From the NCBI RefSeq assembly GCF_006345805.1, contig NC_043008.1, positions 63,364,001 through 63,428,000 of the forward strand: a stretch of DNA of 64,000 nt, given 5' to 3'. The notes beneath the pieces are model-generated. The model did not search any database. It was not told the DNA's origin and saw only the letters and a list, made by a program, of their open reading frames with translations. The stretch comes from Octopus sinensis. Taxonomy: Eukaryota. Within the stretch, counting starts at the first letter, position 1, and every line of letters begins with the position of its first letter. This document shows, one piece after another, positions 26,626 to 41,325 of the stretch. The position numbers and the translations under genes were made by a program.

Positions 26626-28664
26626 ACGATGTTCTCTAAATCTCTTTATATCAATTGATTGTTTTTCCCTTTCTCCTTAACTGCAATTAGCCGTACATTG
26701 TATGATTTTTTATATATTTCAAATAACTTCTAAATATTTGGAAGGACATTGTAACAAAAGCAGTATGAATATGTTGTTAAAATATTGGTTTCAAATTTTG
26801 GCAAATGGCCAGTAATTTTGCGGCAGGGTGTACAACAATTACATCAACCCCAATTTTCAACAGGTACTTATTTTATCAATCTCAAAAGGATGAACGGCAA
26901 AGTTGACCTCAACAGAATTTGGACTTAGAATGTGGAGATGGACTAAATGCTACAAAGCATTTTCATTCCAATATGCTAATGATTCTGTAAGCTTGATGCC
27001 TTATCTTGTTGAAATATTGTATTATGCAGCTATGCTACATAAAGGTGGAAAGTTATAGCTAAAAAAAAAAAAGATATACTGATTAAAGACACAAGGGATT
27101 GCATTTTCTCCACATGTGGTCTGAGTATTACTGAGATATAGATGAGTCAGCAGCATAGCCTAGAATTTGCATTCAACCACAAACATAATAAGCAGTTAAT
27201 GTTTTATAAGTGATATACATAACAGCAGAGCAAAGTAAATGAGGAAATAGAAATAGATTCAGATATTTCATGGTTGATGTCTTCACATAACAAATATCAA
27301 TATATCACTTGAAATTCTTGTTACAAGACATGACAAACCAATCACATCGCAGTGACCAAAAGATGCCAATGTTTGGCTAAAGAATGACAGAATTATTAAC
27401 TCTACAGGATACCATCAGATAATTGACTTTGATCAATAGCCAAACAGGTTTCTGTAAGTATATTGTTAATGTAATGATAATACAAAGTTTATATTGCCAA
27501 CAAAATGTTAATACGTCTTTAACATGATGCCAACAAATTAATGCTGTTGTTATTTGTGTTGTTGTTGCTGTTGCTATCACAGCTACTATTGTTGTTGTTG
27601 TTGTTGTGATTGCTGTTACTCGTACTACTGCTATGGCTGTTGTTGATGTATGTAGCTGTCAATGAGTTTGATTTCCCTGGCTTCCCATACATCTCTCTCT
27701 CTGTGTAAATTATAGCAAAGCATTAAAGGAATTGTTGAAAAGTTGAAACGACGTTTCCGACTTCCTTAGTCTTGTGGCTGAACCTTGATGCTTTAATTGC
27801 AAAACCCACATTTACCTGCAATACATTAATGCCATTAACCTAATGACCATATATTCCATGTTGACATGGGTTTCATGGTTACATTTCAATAAAGAATCTG
27901 TGCTAACAGAACACCAAAGAAAGTGCAATTTTGGCTGGAAGTATGCTTTACATCTTATTCAAACAGTACTAATATCAACGTTAGATTATTGGAGAAAATA
28001 GAACGTGCACATATTTGATTTCGATATAAACACAGTTAACGAAGATTAGTCAACAATAGCAGCACCACATACACAAGCACACATATTCATACAGTCATTC
28101 AAGCTTCCAATATTAAAGTCGAATATCTATTCTGTCCTAACCTAATACAACAGACTATTTCACATAATATAAGCATTCAATTTAGGATTTAACTAAACTA
28201 GAAACATGGCATATATGAGTTACTGCAATAGATTTGGTGCTGTTATATTATTGCTGAAGGAATATCTTGCTCTCAGACAATAAAACAAATATTTGAAGCA
28301 AGATTATTTATTAATTGAACTGTTTGACATGAGTTGTAATGTTGGATGATATATATACAATGTTAGCAGATGACATCTTACATATCTCTTTAGACAATTC
28401 TCAAGTTAGTGTTTACACAGGGATTTGCTTTTCATTTCAATTCATTGTGGTTAAATACCTGTGAAGTATTGGATTATGAGTGGTGAGTTCAATGCAAACA
28501 ATTTTGGCCACTTATCATCTCCATTCTCGTTTAATATCTAAATTTCATACAGACATGGGTTAGAAAATTTGGCAGCATATGATGAGTTGAAAGACTGTGT
28601 CAAGCTCTGATGTCAGCATTTGACTTGGTTTCTACAGCTGGATACCCTTCACAGAGTATACTAT

Positions 28665-29062
28665 AAAATAATTAACCATCTTACAAACAATAACTGAGCA
28701 CCTTTTCAAACTTCACCTGTCTAACACCTGTGGACATGTTTACAAAGTCAGAAAACAGCACAGCTCCCATGACTTTCGGAAACATTTTTTCATGCTAAGA
28801 GTTGCTGAAGCATGGAACAAACTGCCAGCATCAGTTGTTAGTTGTCAGAGCACTGCATCCTTCAAAACTTTCATGCTTCCTGAGATTCGCCAACACTACA
28901 CCCGATTTTCTCCCCTCCATACACATGCAAGCATGTATCTGACTCATACACTGTTCACTTTCCAGACATTTGTACATTACTGCATATGCTTTATACACAC
29001 TTTTGACAAATTGTGGTGCACCTGAGCACTGTATACAATCATTTCATTATTATATTATTATT
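28665..29062 (+). mobile_element. CR1-clade LINE 3' end with (ATT)n tail
   Basis: TCGHVYKVRKQHSSHDFRKHFFMLRVAEAWNKLPASVV. Confidence 0.88.
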
Positions 29063-30127
29063 TATCATAGCACCAGCACTTGTGAGGTTGTCATGTAGCT
29101 TGCAAAAAGAAAAATCTTCCCTTGACTGAGTGGGAGTGAAGAATGTAGTACAGAAGGAGGTGGCATTATTCAAGGTGCTGAGAAGTTAAAGAATGATAGT
29201 ATCACAGGGAAAGATGTCTAGCACTGAATTATTAAATTAATTTCATCCAGGTGAAAATAATCCTTTCTACTATAGGCACAAGACTTGAGATATTGGGAGA
29301 GAGGGCTAGTCAATTACATTGACCCCAGTGCACAACTGGTACTTATTTTTCCACCCCCAAGAGGATGAAAGGCAAAGCCAACCTTAGTGGAACTTGAACT
29401 CAGAACATAAGGATGGACGAAATGCTGCTAAGCATCTTGCCTGGCATGCTAATGATTCTGCCAGCTCACCACCTTATCCAAGTGAAAATAATGGTAATTA
29501 TTCATAATGTTGTAGGAAACAGGTTTTTAATAATCTTATGCAAGCCGAATCTGTTAAAAATCTGACAGAGAAGCTTTCCCTTTGCAGTGTATCTGATTTC
29601 TGACTTTAATTAGAATTCCTGTAAATATATTGTTATGAAACAGAAATTAATGATTGAGGAAGGGACTTAAGTTTTATCTCTTATGTTAGAGAGATCACCA
29701 ATTACTTTTAAACAAATGTTTAAAATGTTAATAATGGTTGCATTGTCTGTGCTGTATTGCGTACTTCGTGATGTGCAGCTGGTTGATAAAGTACTACTTG
29801 GAGCCATTTTATACATGATATGTGAAGTTGCCGTATTGTAATTAAAATGATTATTTTAAATTTTGACACATGGTCAGCTATTAGGATGCGGTTACCTTGG
29901 TTATATCGACTTCAGTTCTTGAGGGGTACTTTATTTTATCAACCCAGAAAGGATGAAAGGTAAAATTGCTATCTGTGGCACTTGAAAGCTTAACTTGAAA
30001 AACCAGAAAAAAGGCCATTGAATATTTTGTCCAATGTGCAAATGATTCTGCCAGTTCTCCACTTTAATTTATAAAGTAGTACAAAGCAGTTTGCAGAGTA
30101 TAGTATAATTGCCTCATCCTCCTCCTC

Positions 30128-30450
30128 ATCATCATCATCGTTTAACATCCGTTTTCCATGCCAGTATGGGTTGGATGGTTCGACCGGAGTCTGGGAAGCC
30201 AGGAGGCTGCACCAGGCTCCAGTCTGATCTGGCAGTGATTCTACAGCTAGATGCCCTTCCTAACGCCAACCACTCCATGAGTGTAGTGGGTGCTTTTTAT
30301 GTGCTACTGGCACAGAGGCCAGAGGAGGCTGGCAAACAGCTACGATTGGTTGATGCTTTCTACGTGTCACCGACACAGACAACAGTCAGGCGGCGCTGGC
30401 ATCAGCCACATTCGGAAGGTGTTCTTATGAGCCACCGGCACAGGTATCTT
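30128..30450 (-). mobile_element. SINE or LINE-tail family 5 with (GAT)n tail (related pieces near 8830, 22133, 37688 and 49090)
   Basis: Shared segments tttaacatccgttttccatgc and gatgcccttcctaacgccaaccactcc. Confidence 0.7.
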
Positions 30451-31056
30451 AACTACAATTTCCATTTGATTTTTATTTTGATGTTGGTGTTAATGTACTT
30501 GACTCAATAGGTATCTTCAGGAACAGTGGGTCACTCTACGATCTAAGGTTAGCACAGCAGGCCGTGCTTTTAAATAGTTATTTCTATAAAAGAGAAAAGA
30601 TATTTGTAAAAAATTTCAAAAAAGGTGGTTTCCAAACTTTAGGAATGAGGAATAAGCTGTCTTGTAGATTTTGCCTTATTTGGTTATTTTGTTCTTTATG
30701 TGTGATTATACAGCCATATGAAACAGTTACTGGATAGGCATATAAAGTGGCACACCAGCAAAAGTCATTACCACATCAGGGAAAATAGCTTATATTTGTT
30801 CTGGTTCTGTACATGCTATCTCCTCTGAGGTCAACTTTGCTTTTTATCTCTCTGGCATAAATGAAATAAATTGCCAGACTAGTTCTGGGGTCAGTGTAAC
30901 TGAGTAACCCACTTCAATCAAAATTGCTGGCCTTGTACCCAAATTAAAACAGGTATTATGGATATGTAGGTAAACAGATAAGAAATAATTAAGATTCAGT
31001 TGAATTAGGTACTTAAGTTGAGGCATCAAGTCAGTCTAGTATTATCCACACAGCAG

Positions 31057-31378
31057 TGGAGGCGCAATGGCCCAGTGGTTAGGGCAGCGGACTCGCGGTC
31101 GTAGGATCGCGGTTTCAATTCCCAGACCGGGCGTTGTGAATGTTTATTGAGCGAATACACATAAAGCTCCACGACGCTCCGGCAGGGGATGGTGGTGATC
31201 CCGGCTGTACTCTTTCACCACAACTTTCTCTCACTCTTACTTCCTGTTTCTGTTGTACCTGTATTTCAAAGGGCCGGCCTTGTCACTCTCTGTGTCACGC
31301 TGAATTTTCCCGAGAACTACGTTAAGGGTACACGTGTCTGTGGAGTGCTCAGCCACTTACACGTTAATTTCACGACGG
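31057..31378 (+). mobile_element. Young tRNA-derived SINE family 3 (copies at 45421-45725 +, 36920-37194 -, 38089-38420 -, 62579-62888 -)
   Basis: Head ggaggcgcaatggcccagtggttagggcagcggactcgcgg...ggtttcaattccc with A-box and B-box-like motifs; CpG-rich. Confidence 0.88.
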
Positions 31379-31864
31379 AGTGCTTCCATCATTCCATCCA
31401 CACAGTATGAAATAAAGGGAATAAAAAGAAAATAAGTAACAAAGATGTCAGGGAATTAGTGTATTACGGTCAATTCAGGCAGCTCCCTTTAATTGATCAA
31501 TGCAAGCATTACATCAATTTGAAATTCACTGCTTTTCTCAGATGCTTAAGACCATATAAGTTTTCAACATACAGGATACTCCATTATAATTTTTAGCAAA
31601 TTTTTCATTAGAACTAGAGAATAAAACTGGTGACCTCGGCAAAAGTGACCTCGGCGGAATTTGAACTCAGAATGTAAAGACAGACATAATACTGCTAAGC
31701 ATTTCGCCTGACATGCTAACGTTTCTGCCAGCTCGCTGCCCTAGAAGTAAGATATAATGACATACTACTGATTTATTAGGTACAAAAAATCAGGGATGGC
31801 ATAATATTCAAAAACCTGTTTCTTCTTCTTCTTCTTCTTCTTCTTCTTCTTCTTCTTCTTCTTC

Positions 31865-31898
<34 letters not shown>

Positions 31899-32757
31899 CC
31901 ATCATCATCATTTATTGTCTCTTTTCTATGTTAAATGATGATGATGCACCGTTTATTTTTGAATATGATGCACCCCACATTTTTATTTTTATTGGTACTT
32001 AATAATATATAAGTAACATACAAGTAAAATACTTTATTGTATCTTTGTATACGAGAAAAAAAAAACAGTAACAATCTCTTTAACATTATGCACCTTGCAG
32101 TAAGTTCATTTCACAATTTCCTGAAATGGAAACATAGAATAAATGAGAGCTTCATATTTAGGTACAAGACCTGTCATTTTTAGAAGAGAGAAGAATAGTT
32201 TATTCCATTGACCCCCACTACTTGATTGATATTTTCTTTTATAGACTCCAAATATGATAAAAGGTAAAGTTGATTTTGACATGATTTGAACTCGGAAAGT
32301 AAAGAACCGGGGCAAATCATGCGGAACAATTTTGATGGCATTCTAAAGATTCTGTCAGTTTGTTGCTGCAAGTGTTTCTTTAGTTTCTTGTTTTTATCAC
32401 TTCTTTTACACAAGTGGCATAACATGGATGATGCCACAGGAATGTTGCCCATTATGCAAAATTCTTAGGGGTTCAAAATTCTATATATGAAAAAGAACAA
32501 AGACTAATTATAAATATATAGCATGCCTTCCACCTGCAATAATTGACTTGCACTGGGCATCAGTCACCTACATTCCCCACTTATTTCACTCCAAGTTCAT
32601 GGGTTCTAAGCTCAACCAATTCCATCTCCACCTCAGTGAAGCTGATTCGTTATGAAAGAAACCTAAGCTGACAAAACTCAAGAACATACAAAACATAGAA
32701 GATGTAGTTTAATTTCAAAGGTCATTGTGATCTGACTGAATTCCTTTTATTTTCTAG

Positions 32758-32858
32758 ATAAACACAGCAGTGTTGATTGAAAATATTCATAGATATTTTC
32801 GAATATAAAGGCTTGATTATAATGCCTGATTAGCAGCAAACTACAAAGACGTTCAGAC
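32758..32858 (+). other. Candidate non-coding exon
   Basis: ctgac branch-like site, ttccttttattttctag| acceptor and weak GAC|gtaact donor. Confidence 0.25.
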
Positions 32859-34753
32859 GTAACTTAGTGGAATATATCTAACGAAATATTTAGTGTTTTG
32901 GAAATATTATTTGAAACCATTTTAACCTGAAAACTGGTATTTTAAACATAATTGGTATTATGTCTTATCTATACCTTATCCTTTCTAATATTATGGCTTT
33001 TTCAGAGAACTGATCTTGCTGAATATCAGGATAGCTAGAATTGTTTCATCGATCAGAGAGGTTAACTATAAAAAGGAGAGATAATTAGTTTAAACATAAC
33101 TGAAGCATTAATCATCACAATGTTCCTTATTGTATGTTTGGCTTCAATCAATACAGAACAGTGCTTCTACATAGAAATACAGAGAAAGTTATCTAACCTC
33201 AGAATAGTATTGAGAATTTCATTCCACTCTGTTACATTGTGTGTTTGGCAGGGGTAGGGACGTGGTTTTCTTTGCCATTTAGCTAAGGGCAACCAGAAGA
33301 GGAATAGGTGATCACTAGTCTATCATTTCAGTGGGGGTCTAACAAGTTTCAAGTAGCAATAACAGATTGCTCTAATTTTCTTACTGTAAACAATGCTGGA
33401 TCTGTAAAATTGCAAAGTGTTTCATTTGTCAGCTCATAGAGCTATGGAGAGAAATGTATTCTTCCTTAGAGGAAATAGTTCTGAGCACAGGATCAACCAA
33501 AAAACGAGCTCTCATATAGATGTGTATATGTGTGTGTGTGCCTGCATTCATGCCTGTTTGTTGACATCTTACTAATGTCTCTGAAAGCTGTGCTGTCTTC
33601 TTCTTCTTCTTCTTTCTTCTTCTTCTTCTTCTTCTTCTTCTTCTTCTTCTTCTTCTTCTTCTTCTAGTACACATGTGCGATGTTCATTGTGTCCTTTAAC
33701 TACTAGACAGCATTTAAATAATTTCTGTCATTGACAACACTGTTGGAGTGAATGGTACTGCATGGTGTCAAAACCACAATGATTTCTAGCAGGGCAGCTA
33801 ATGATGGGATAACTAATTATACTTAAATGTTATTATTGTGCTGCTTATGTAGTTTTTTTTATATGTTCCACTTTTTGATGAAGTCTTGTATTTGTTCTCC
33901 TGCAACATATTGATTGTATTTCCATTTGCAGCCCTAATGTTTTAAGGTTCTCCCACTGTCTGGCATACAACTTGGTCTAGTTATACTGCTTCTGTTGCTA
34001 TTTAATTTCATGTTAAGTATTTTAAAGGTCTTATATTTAACTGGAGCAAGATGGAAACTTTATTTGGTTATTAGTCACAATACATGAGAAAAATTATGGC
34101 ATTAGTATTATTGAGTTAAATATTAGACAGACATCACATTATGGTGGATACGTGACACATACAGGTGTCCACAGATATGTATATTTGTTCATTTAAGTGC
34201 TTATTTTACATCTGTTTTCCTACTTAAGCATGGGTCGGATGAATACATATATGGCTTTGTCTTACTCCAGTCTTCTCTCTATTTACTTAGCTGACAGTTT
34301 CGTCTGAGAAAAACGTATCTGATTTCTGTAAATATATAACATCAGATAGTTGAAAAGAGAAAGAGAAATATAGAGCACACATGAAACACACACAAACACA
34401 GACACACACACACAAACCTCTACACACATACACTCACATACACACAAAGATATTCTAGAACGGTATTTAGCAAAGTTTGAATAACTTCCATCTTTTGTTT
34501 GTGGTTCTTTTTAAACAAAGAATTTCTTTGTTTAGGATTTTCTTATTTGGTAGTTACTAGACTGTAGGTTAAATTGAATTGACAGTTCAAATTATCTTCA
34601 TACAACCTATTGTCTAAAGACCTGTTAGAGAATGTAGATTTAGATACACTGCATATAAAAATTAAAGATAGATTAGTTACATTTGAAATCCCTTTGGTTA
34701 TAGGTTTGCTTTATAATAGCTAAATAACAATGCCACTAACATGTGTGTGTGTG

Positions 34754-34800
<47 letters not shown>

Positions 34801-35109
34801 ACATTTAGGTATGGTTATGTGGATTTCTGCATTACTGCATGGCAACTTAAGCAAGTGTCTTCTACTATAGTCCCAGATTGACCAAAATCTTGTTAGTGGA
34901 TTTTGTAGAGAGAAACTGAAGGAAGACCATCACATATAAACATACATACATGCATACAAACGTGTATTACCTTCTTATGTATGAAAGAAGAGGAGGAATC
35001 AAGAGGGAAGATAACCTCTGTTACAATATATGTGTAGAAGGAAGGAAAAAGGTGAGGAGAAAAAGCTGTTACTGAGAGTGAAATACAGTGAGAGAGGGCG
35101 AGTGTGTGT

Positions 35110-35112
<3 letters not shown>

Positions 35113-35196
<84 letters not shown>

Positions 35197-35368
35197 GATA
35201 GATAGATAGATAGATGGATGGATGGATGGACGGCTGGATAGATAGATGATAGATAGATAGATGGATGGATGGATGGATGGATGGATGGATGGATAGATAG
35301 ATAGATAGATAGATAGATGGATGGATGGATGGATAGATGGATGGATGGATGGATAGATAGATAGATAG
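35113..35368. repeat. Compound tetranucleotide microsatellite (GATA/GATT/GGAT)
   Basis: Direct reading of the sequence. Confidence 0.95.
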
Positions 35369-35905
35369 TGCTGTCACACTTGTAACTAACAAGCTTTGAT
35401 TAAAAACGTAGAAATTTTAAGTGCAGGCCTATCATATCAATGCATTACAGAAAAAGACTTTCACTCTATAACAATCAACTATTAACTGACTATACTAAAC
35501 GAGGCCATGACATTTCTCCATCAAACATATATAGTGCACATAGTTATGTTTTTGGTTTCTTTGTTTGTGTGTGTGTGTGTGTGTTTGTCTTTCATTTTAT
35601 AGACAATGTAACACAGACTTAAAAAAACACTTTCACTAAAATGACAGTTTGTTATTGTTCTTGAGGAGAAAGAAATACAGTGAGAGAGAAATAGTGTGTG
35701 TGAAAGACAGAATTAAAATTTGTTTCAAGAACAAAAAAAAAGCTGTAATTTAGATAAATGTTTATTGTTCAACAACAGTATTCAAACTGTTATTAATCTT
35801 CACTCAGAAAGTCAATCTAAACGTTATTTGAACAATTTATGAAGGTACATACATAATCAACAAATATTTTTGCTGGCAGCATAGTGACAGGTAACAACCT
35901 AGTAC

Positions 35906-35960
<55 letters not shown>

Positions 35961-35984
35961 CACAAATTAATAATAATAACACAA

Positions 35985-36912
35985 TAATAATAAACAAATT
36001 ATTTGAAGAAGGTGGAAAGAAATTTTACAGGGAACTTGGTAAACAACAAATAAATGCTGAGCAACCATCAAAGAAAGAGGATATGGAAAATTTCTTGAGT
36101 ACGATATGGGAAAATGAAAAACAGCATAATGAAGATGCAGAATGGATTAAGGAACAAGAAACACTCCTACAGGAATGGGAAGATATTCAAAAGGAGGATG
36201 TCACCCTGGCCCTGAAAAAGGCCAGCAATTGGAAGTCACTGGGAATAGATCGAGTACCAAACTTCTGGATCAAACAGCTAGTTGATATACATGGAGATAT
36301 GTCATCAGTATTTAACGAAGTCATGAAAAACCCAGAAAATAGCCCAGACTGGTTAACACAAGGAGTGACATACCTAATACCAAAAAACAAATGACATAGG
36401 AAACCCAAAGAATTATAGACCAATCACCTGTCTACCAACAATGTATAAAATATTAACACCTGTAATCACTGAAAGAACATACACATTCCTAAAAGAAAAA
36501 AAATCTACTACCACCAGAACAAAAAGGTTGTTGAAGAGGGAGCTACGGATGCAAGGACCAATTGCTGATAAAAAAAATGATCCATGAGATCTGCAAAACC
36601 AGGAAAATGAGCCTGAGCACACCATGGATCAACTATAAAAAGGCATTCGATAGTGTACCTCAATCATGGATTCTGAAAGTGATGGAAGAATACAAAGTAT
36701 CCCCAACTCTCATCAAATCTATGGAACACAGCATAAATATATGGGAAACTACGTTGATGCTGAACCATTCCAGTAGATCAATAACAAGCAGACCAATCAA
36801 AATCAAAAGTGGTATCTTCCAAGGAACTTGCTGTCACCCTTAATATTCTGCTTGGCGCTGGCACCATTAAGTACCATGCTCAACAAAACCAGGTATGGAT
36901 ATGAGATCAAGA
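35985..36912 (+). mobile_element. R4/Dong-clade LINE RT fragment abutting an (AAT)n tract
   Basis: NWKSLGIDRVPNFWIK, PDWLTQGVTYLIPK, YRPITCLPTMYKILT, EQKGC..GSYGCKDQLLI, YKKAFDSVP and SGIFQG, with frameshifts. Confidence 0.92.
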
Positions 36913-38635
36913 AGAAAAAAAGGGAGTCAGTTTCCCGGTTTCTTTAGCATATAGGTTCCCCACCTGGACCGGATGCTGGTCCATCACAGGTGAGCTGCAA
37001 GATGCAGGAGGAAAGAGTGATAGAAAGTTGTGGCAAAAGAGTCAGCAGAAGTTCGCCATTACCTTCTACCAGAGCCGTGTGGAGCTTAGATGTTTCACTC
37101 ATAAACACACACACATCGCCCAATCTAAGATTCGAACCTGTGATCCCTCAACCACGAGTCTGCTGCTCTAACCACTAGGCCATGTTCCTCCACCTAGTAA
37201 AAAATATGCATATTATATATCAACCGTGATAGAAGAAATTCACCATTGGGAAGGAGTAAATATATATTGTAATAATCAAAAGTTTATAGATCAATTTAAG
37301 TACCTAAATTAAACCTAAAGTTTATAAATCAATTTAAGTACTTAACTTAACTGAATCTCAATTATATTATATATCTGTCTGTGAACGTGCATACATGCAT
37401 AATATATTTTTCAGCATGCAAGTTGAATTTTTTGAAGCAATAAATGACATGTGAAATACAGCATGGCTTGGGAAAATAGTGATGAGGCATGTATGTTTAC
37501 TCTACGTCAATTTATGTCAGAAGATACAATACTCATATGCATATGCTCAAACAAATTTATATTTGTATATATATGTGTGTGTATGTGCGTGTGTGTATAC
37601 TTACATACACATTGTCAAACATGATCATCATGATCATCATCATTATCATCATCATCACCACCTCTACTGTCATCGTCATCATCATTAAGCATCCATTCTC
37701 CATGCTGGCATGGGTTAACCAGTTTGACTGCAAATGGTAAACTGGAGAGCGGCACCAGGCTTGGTTTCTATGGCTGGATACCCTTCCTAAGGTCAACCAC
37801 TCCATAGAGTGTACTTGGTGCCTTTTACTTTTCACTAGCATGGGTACCTTGTACATGTCACCAACATACATACACACACACCTATGCTACATGCATTCTT
37901 GAAATTTAAAGTCGAACTACATCCGATTAAGAGACCAACAGAGTCCATATGTGAAAACTATTATCCAAGTACCTTCTTTTGAAAGTATTCAAATAAAGTC
38001 TCCAAAACTGAGAACAATTTCTACTCCCTCTCTCTTTCTCTCTAACAAATCTGGGATGCCTTGTAAAGTGTCATAAAAAAAAAAATATATGTGCCCTTTT
38101 AAAGCTTAGCCAGGCTCATGGGGCCGATTTTCCGGTTTCAATGGAGTATGTGAATGCAGTTGAATGTCACTCGGCCCAGGAATCGAAACCAGTTGTAGCA
38201 AAAGAGCCAACAGAAGCTCACTATTACCTTCTGCCAGAGCCACATGGAGCTTAGGTGTTTCACTCATAAACAAACACTTCGCCCAGTCTGGGATTTGAAC
38301 CCACGATCCCTCGCCCACGAGTCCACTGCTCTAACCAACGCGTCGCTCGGTCTAGGAATCGAAACCACAATCTTACGATCATAATGCTGACACCCTAACC
38401 ACTAAGCCATGCACCTCCACGTAAAGTGTCATAGGTGCTGATTAAATCATTAATAACGAAAACATGAGGAAGAAAGGCAAAATGGAGATAACAGGAATAG
38501 CTTTGATCATATAACTGCTTAATAAAGATTTAACAACTGCAGCAACCATTCATCTTCTATGGTTGTTATATTCTCAAAAATTATTTAACAGTATTTCTTG
38601 ACAACAAAGGAAAAATGATGTATGTGTTTCTACAC

Positions 38636-39050
38636 TTTCACAATATCCATTATTTGCCTTAAATTGTTAATAACAAAAGAGTGTCACAAAATATAAAGAA
38701 TTTCTTCCTACTAACAATATCTATTAATTCTGTTAAATTGTTAATATCAAAGCAGTCACAAAATAGAAAGTATCTTTTCACTTACATTATCTATTACTTC
38801 AGTGAAATTGCTACTAACACAATAATGACATAAAGTATATGAAGAATTCTCATACAGCTACAACATGTATTTCCTCTGTTAGATTGCTAAGATCAGTGTC
38901 ATAAAATATAAAGTATTTTCATGCTAATGATATTATTTTTGTTAACATGCTAATATCAGAGAAGTGTCATAGAGTATAAAGTATTCCTTAACACTAAGAG
39001 AGGGCAATGCTACTGTTAAATTGTTAATAACAAGGTAGTTTTATAAGGTA
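38636..39050. repeat. Old, diverged tandem repeat with a ~70-bp unit and about 6 copies, continuing past the Helitron
   Basis: Recurring ctgttaaattgttaata..a...gtgtca.aaaatataaagta.tt. Confidence 0.8.
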
Positions 39051-39563
39051 CTAGCAGTATCGCCCGGCATTGCTCGGGTTTGTAAGGGAAATAACTATAT
39101 AAGCATTTTTAGAGAGTTACTTCCCTTATAGATGCCAATTCGGGCTTTCTTAGCCATTTCTGTTTTGGTGTCTTCAAGCCATGAAGTCGTTGTTCTAAAA
39201 GAACGCTGGTCTCCTTGACAACGCTTTACGACGTTGATTTCCTTACACTCCCTTCCCCACAGCTTCACGAGGGAGGGAAGAAGGGGGAGAAGCAAACAGG
39301 TGCGGGTGTGACCATGGACGCCAACTCCGCCGTCATCGACACACGAAAAATTATGCATTAAAATGGAATAAAAAATGATGTTAAATTATTTTTAAAATCG
39401 TAGACTCATTGTAGATGCGCGCTAATACTCAGACGGGCTTGATATGAATCACAACTATAAGATACACGAATTTGGTTAAACTGCACCGCAAAATGTGGGA
39501 GTAGTTAGGAATCTAAATCGAAGGGGACAGACACTCACACAACTACAGTTTTATATATATAGA
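39051..39563 (-). mobile_element. Young non-autonomous Helitron
   Basis: Minus strand A|TCTATATATATAAAA...CCCGAGCAATGCCGGG (hairpin)...CTAG|T; no TSD; CpG-rich. Confidence 0.9.
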
Positions 39564-39572
39564 TTTCTTTGT

Positions 39573-40600
39573 AATAACAATATCTGTTATTTCCATTCGA
39601 AAATAGGCTGAATTGTTAGATTGCTGGAAAAGGAAAACTGGCTGGCTCATTATGATACAGTTTCTATTCCTGCTGAAGCCAGCTCAGCTTTTCATTTAAT
39701 TAATTAATTTATTTATTTTGTGGGGTGGGATTTAAATCAATTGAATATTTTAAGGAGATTGTTACCAATATTTGATATGCCTAGCAAGGCGGCAATTTGG
39801 CAGTTATGTTAGCATGCCGGGCAAAATGCTTAGCGGTATTTTGTCTGCCGTTACGTTCTGAGTTCAAATTCCGCTTAGATCGACTTTGCCTTTAATCCTT
39901 TCGGGGTTGATAAATTAAGTACCAGTTACGCACTGGGGTCGATATAATCGACTTAATGCATTTGTCTGTCCTTGTTTGTCTCCGCTGTGTTTTGCCCCTT
40001 GTGGGTAGTAAAGAAATAGGTATTTCGTCTGTCATTATGTTCAGAGTTCAAATTCTGTAGAGGTTGACTTTACCTTTCATCCTTTCAGGGTCGATAAATT
40101 AAGTACCAGTTGCATACTGGAGTCGATCTAATCAACTGGCCCCCTCCCCTAAAATTTCAGGCCTTGTGCCTAGAGTAGAAATGAATAACAATATCTGTTA
40201 ATTCCAATTGAAAGTTGGCTGAATTGTTAAATTGATGGGGGAAAAAAATGCCTGCCTCATTATGATCCAGTTTCTATCCCTGCTGAAACCAACTCAGCTT
40301 TTCATTTTATTTATTTATTTTGCAGGGTGGGATTTAAGTCAATTCAATATTTTAAGGAGATTGTTACCAATATATCATATGTTTAGCAAGGCAGCAAGTT
40401 GGCAGAATCATTAGCCCACTGGGCAAAATTCTTAGCAATATTTCATCAGTTTTTACATTCTGAGTTCAAGTTCTGCCAAGGTTGACTTTGCCTTTATCCT
40501 TTCGGGGTAGATAAATTAAGTACCAGTTGAATATTAGGGTAGATCTAATCGACTGGCCCCCTCCCCCAAAATTTCAGGCCTTGTGCCTAGAGTAGAAAGA
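39573..40600 (+). repeat. Old tandem duplication: ~215 bp of unique sequence plus SINE1, two copies (39573-40180 and 40184-40600)
   Basis: aataacaatatctgtta...taaggagattgttaccaata...tagcaaggc is repeated. Confidence 0.85.
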
Positions 40601-40975
40601 AATATCATATGCCTAGCACATCTAAACACTTCTAATAACAAGAGTATTTTTGTAATTGTATTTGCTGGTGCCAGCATGAAAAGAGACAAATATTATTAAT
40701 ACTCCAAAAGCAGAAGCAAAATACAACAACTACAATAACAATAATAACCATTCCTATTATAGGCACCAGGCTGAAATTTGGGTGGGTGAGGATTAGTCGA
40801 TTACATCAACCCCAATGCTCAATTATTACTTATTTTATTGACCCTGAAAGGATGAAAAACAAAGTAGACCTTATCACAATTTGAACTCAGAAGGTAAAGC
40901 CAGAAGAAAGATCATTAAGTATCATGTCAGGTGTGTTACTGATTTTACCAGCTTGCCACATTGATGATGATGATG

Positions 40976-41004
<29 letters not shown>

Positions 41005-41007
<3 letters not shown>

Positions 41008-41325
41008 CTAAAAAACAAAAAGCAAAAACATATATATGGCACACTAGGCATAACAACAACATGAACTTCCAACCTGTTGTCTCTTGAGGTCTCTGGGTGA
41101 GACTTGGAGCCAACTTGTACAAATATAAAGCAAAATCAAACATAGAATAATAATAATAATAATAAATAATAATAATAATAATAATAAACTAAAAAACAAA
41201 AAGCAAAAACATATATATGGCACACTAGGCATAACAACAACATGAACTTCCAACCTGTTGTCTCTTGAGGTCTCTGGGTGAGACTTGGAGCCAACTTGTA
41301 CAAATATAAAGCAAAATCAAACATA

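Noticed and set aside
31057-31135. tRNA-like sequence
   Set aside because: It has no proper acceptor stem and continues into a multi-copy SINE body, so it is a SINE head.
33433-33520. Possible exon LIELWREMYSSLEEIVLSTG
   Set aside because: Modest acceptor, no donor and no recognisable homology.
37277-37350. 38-bp tandem duplication
   Set aside because: Two-copy local slippage in AT-rich DNA with no further structure.
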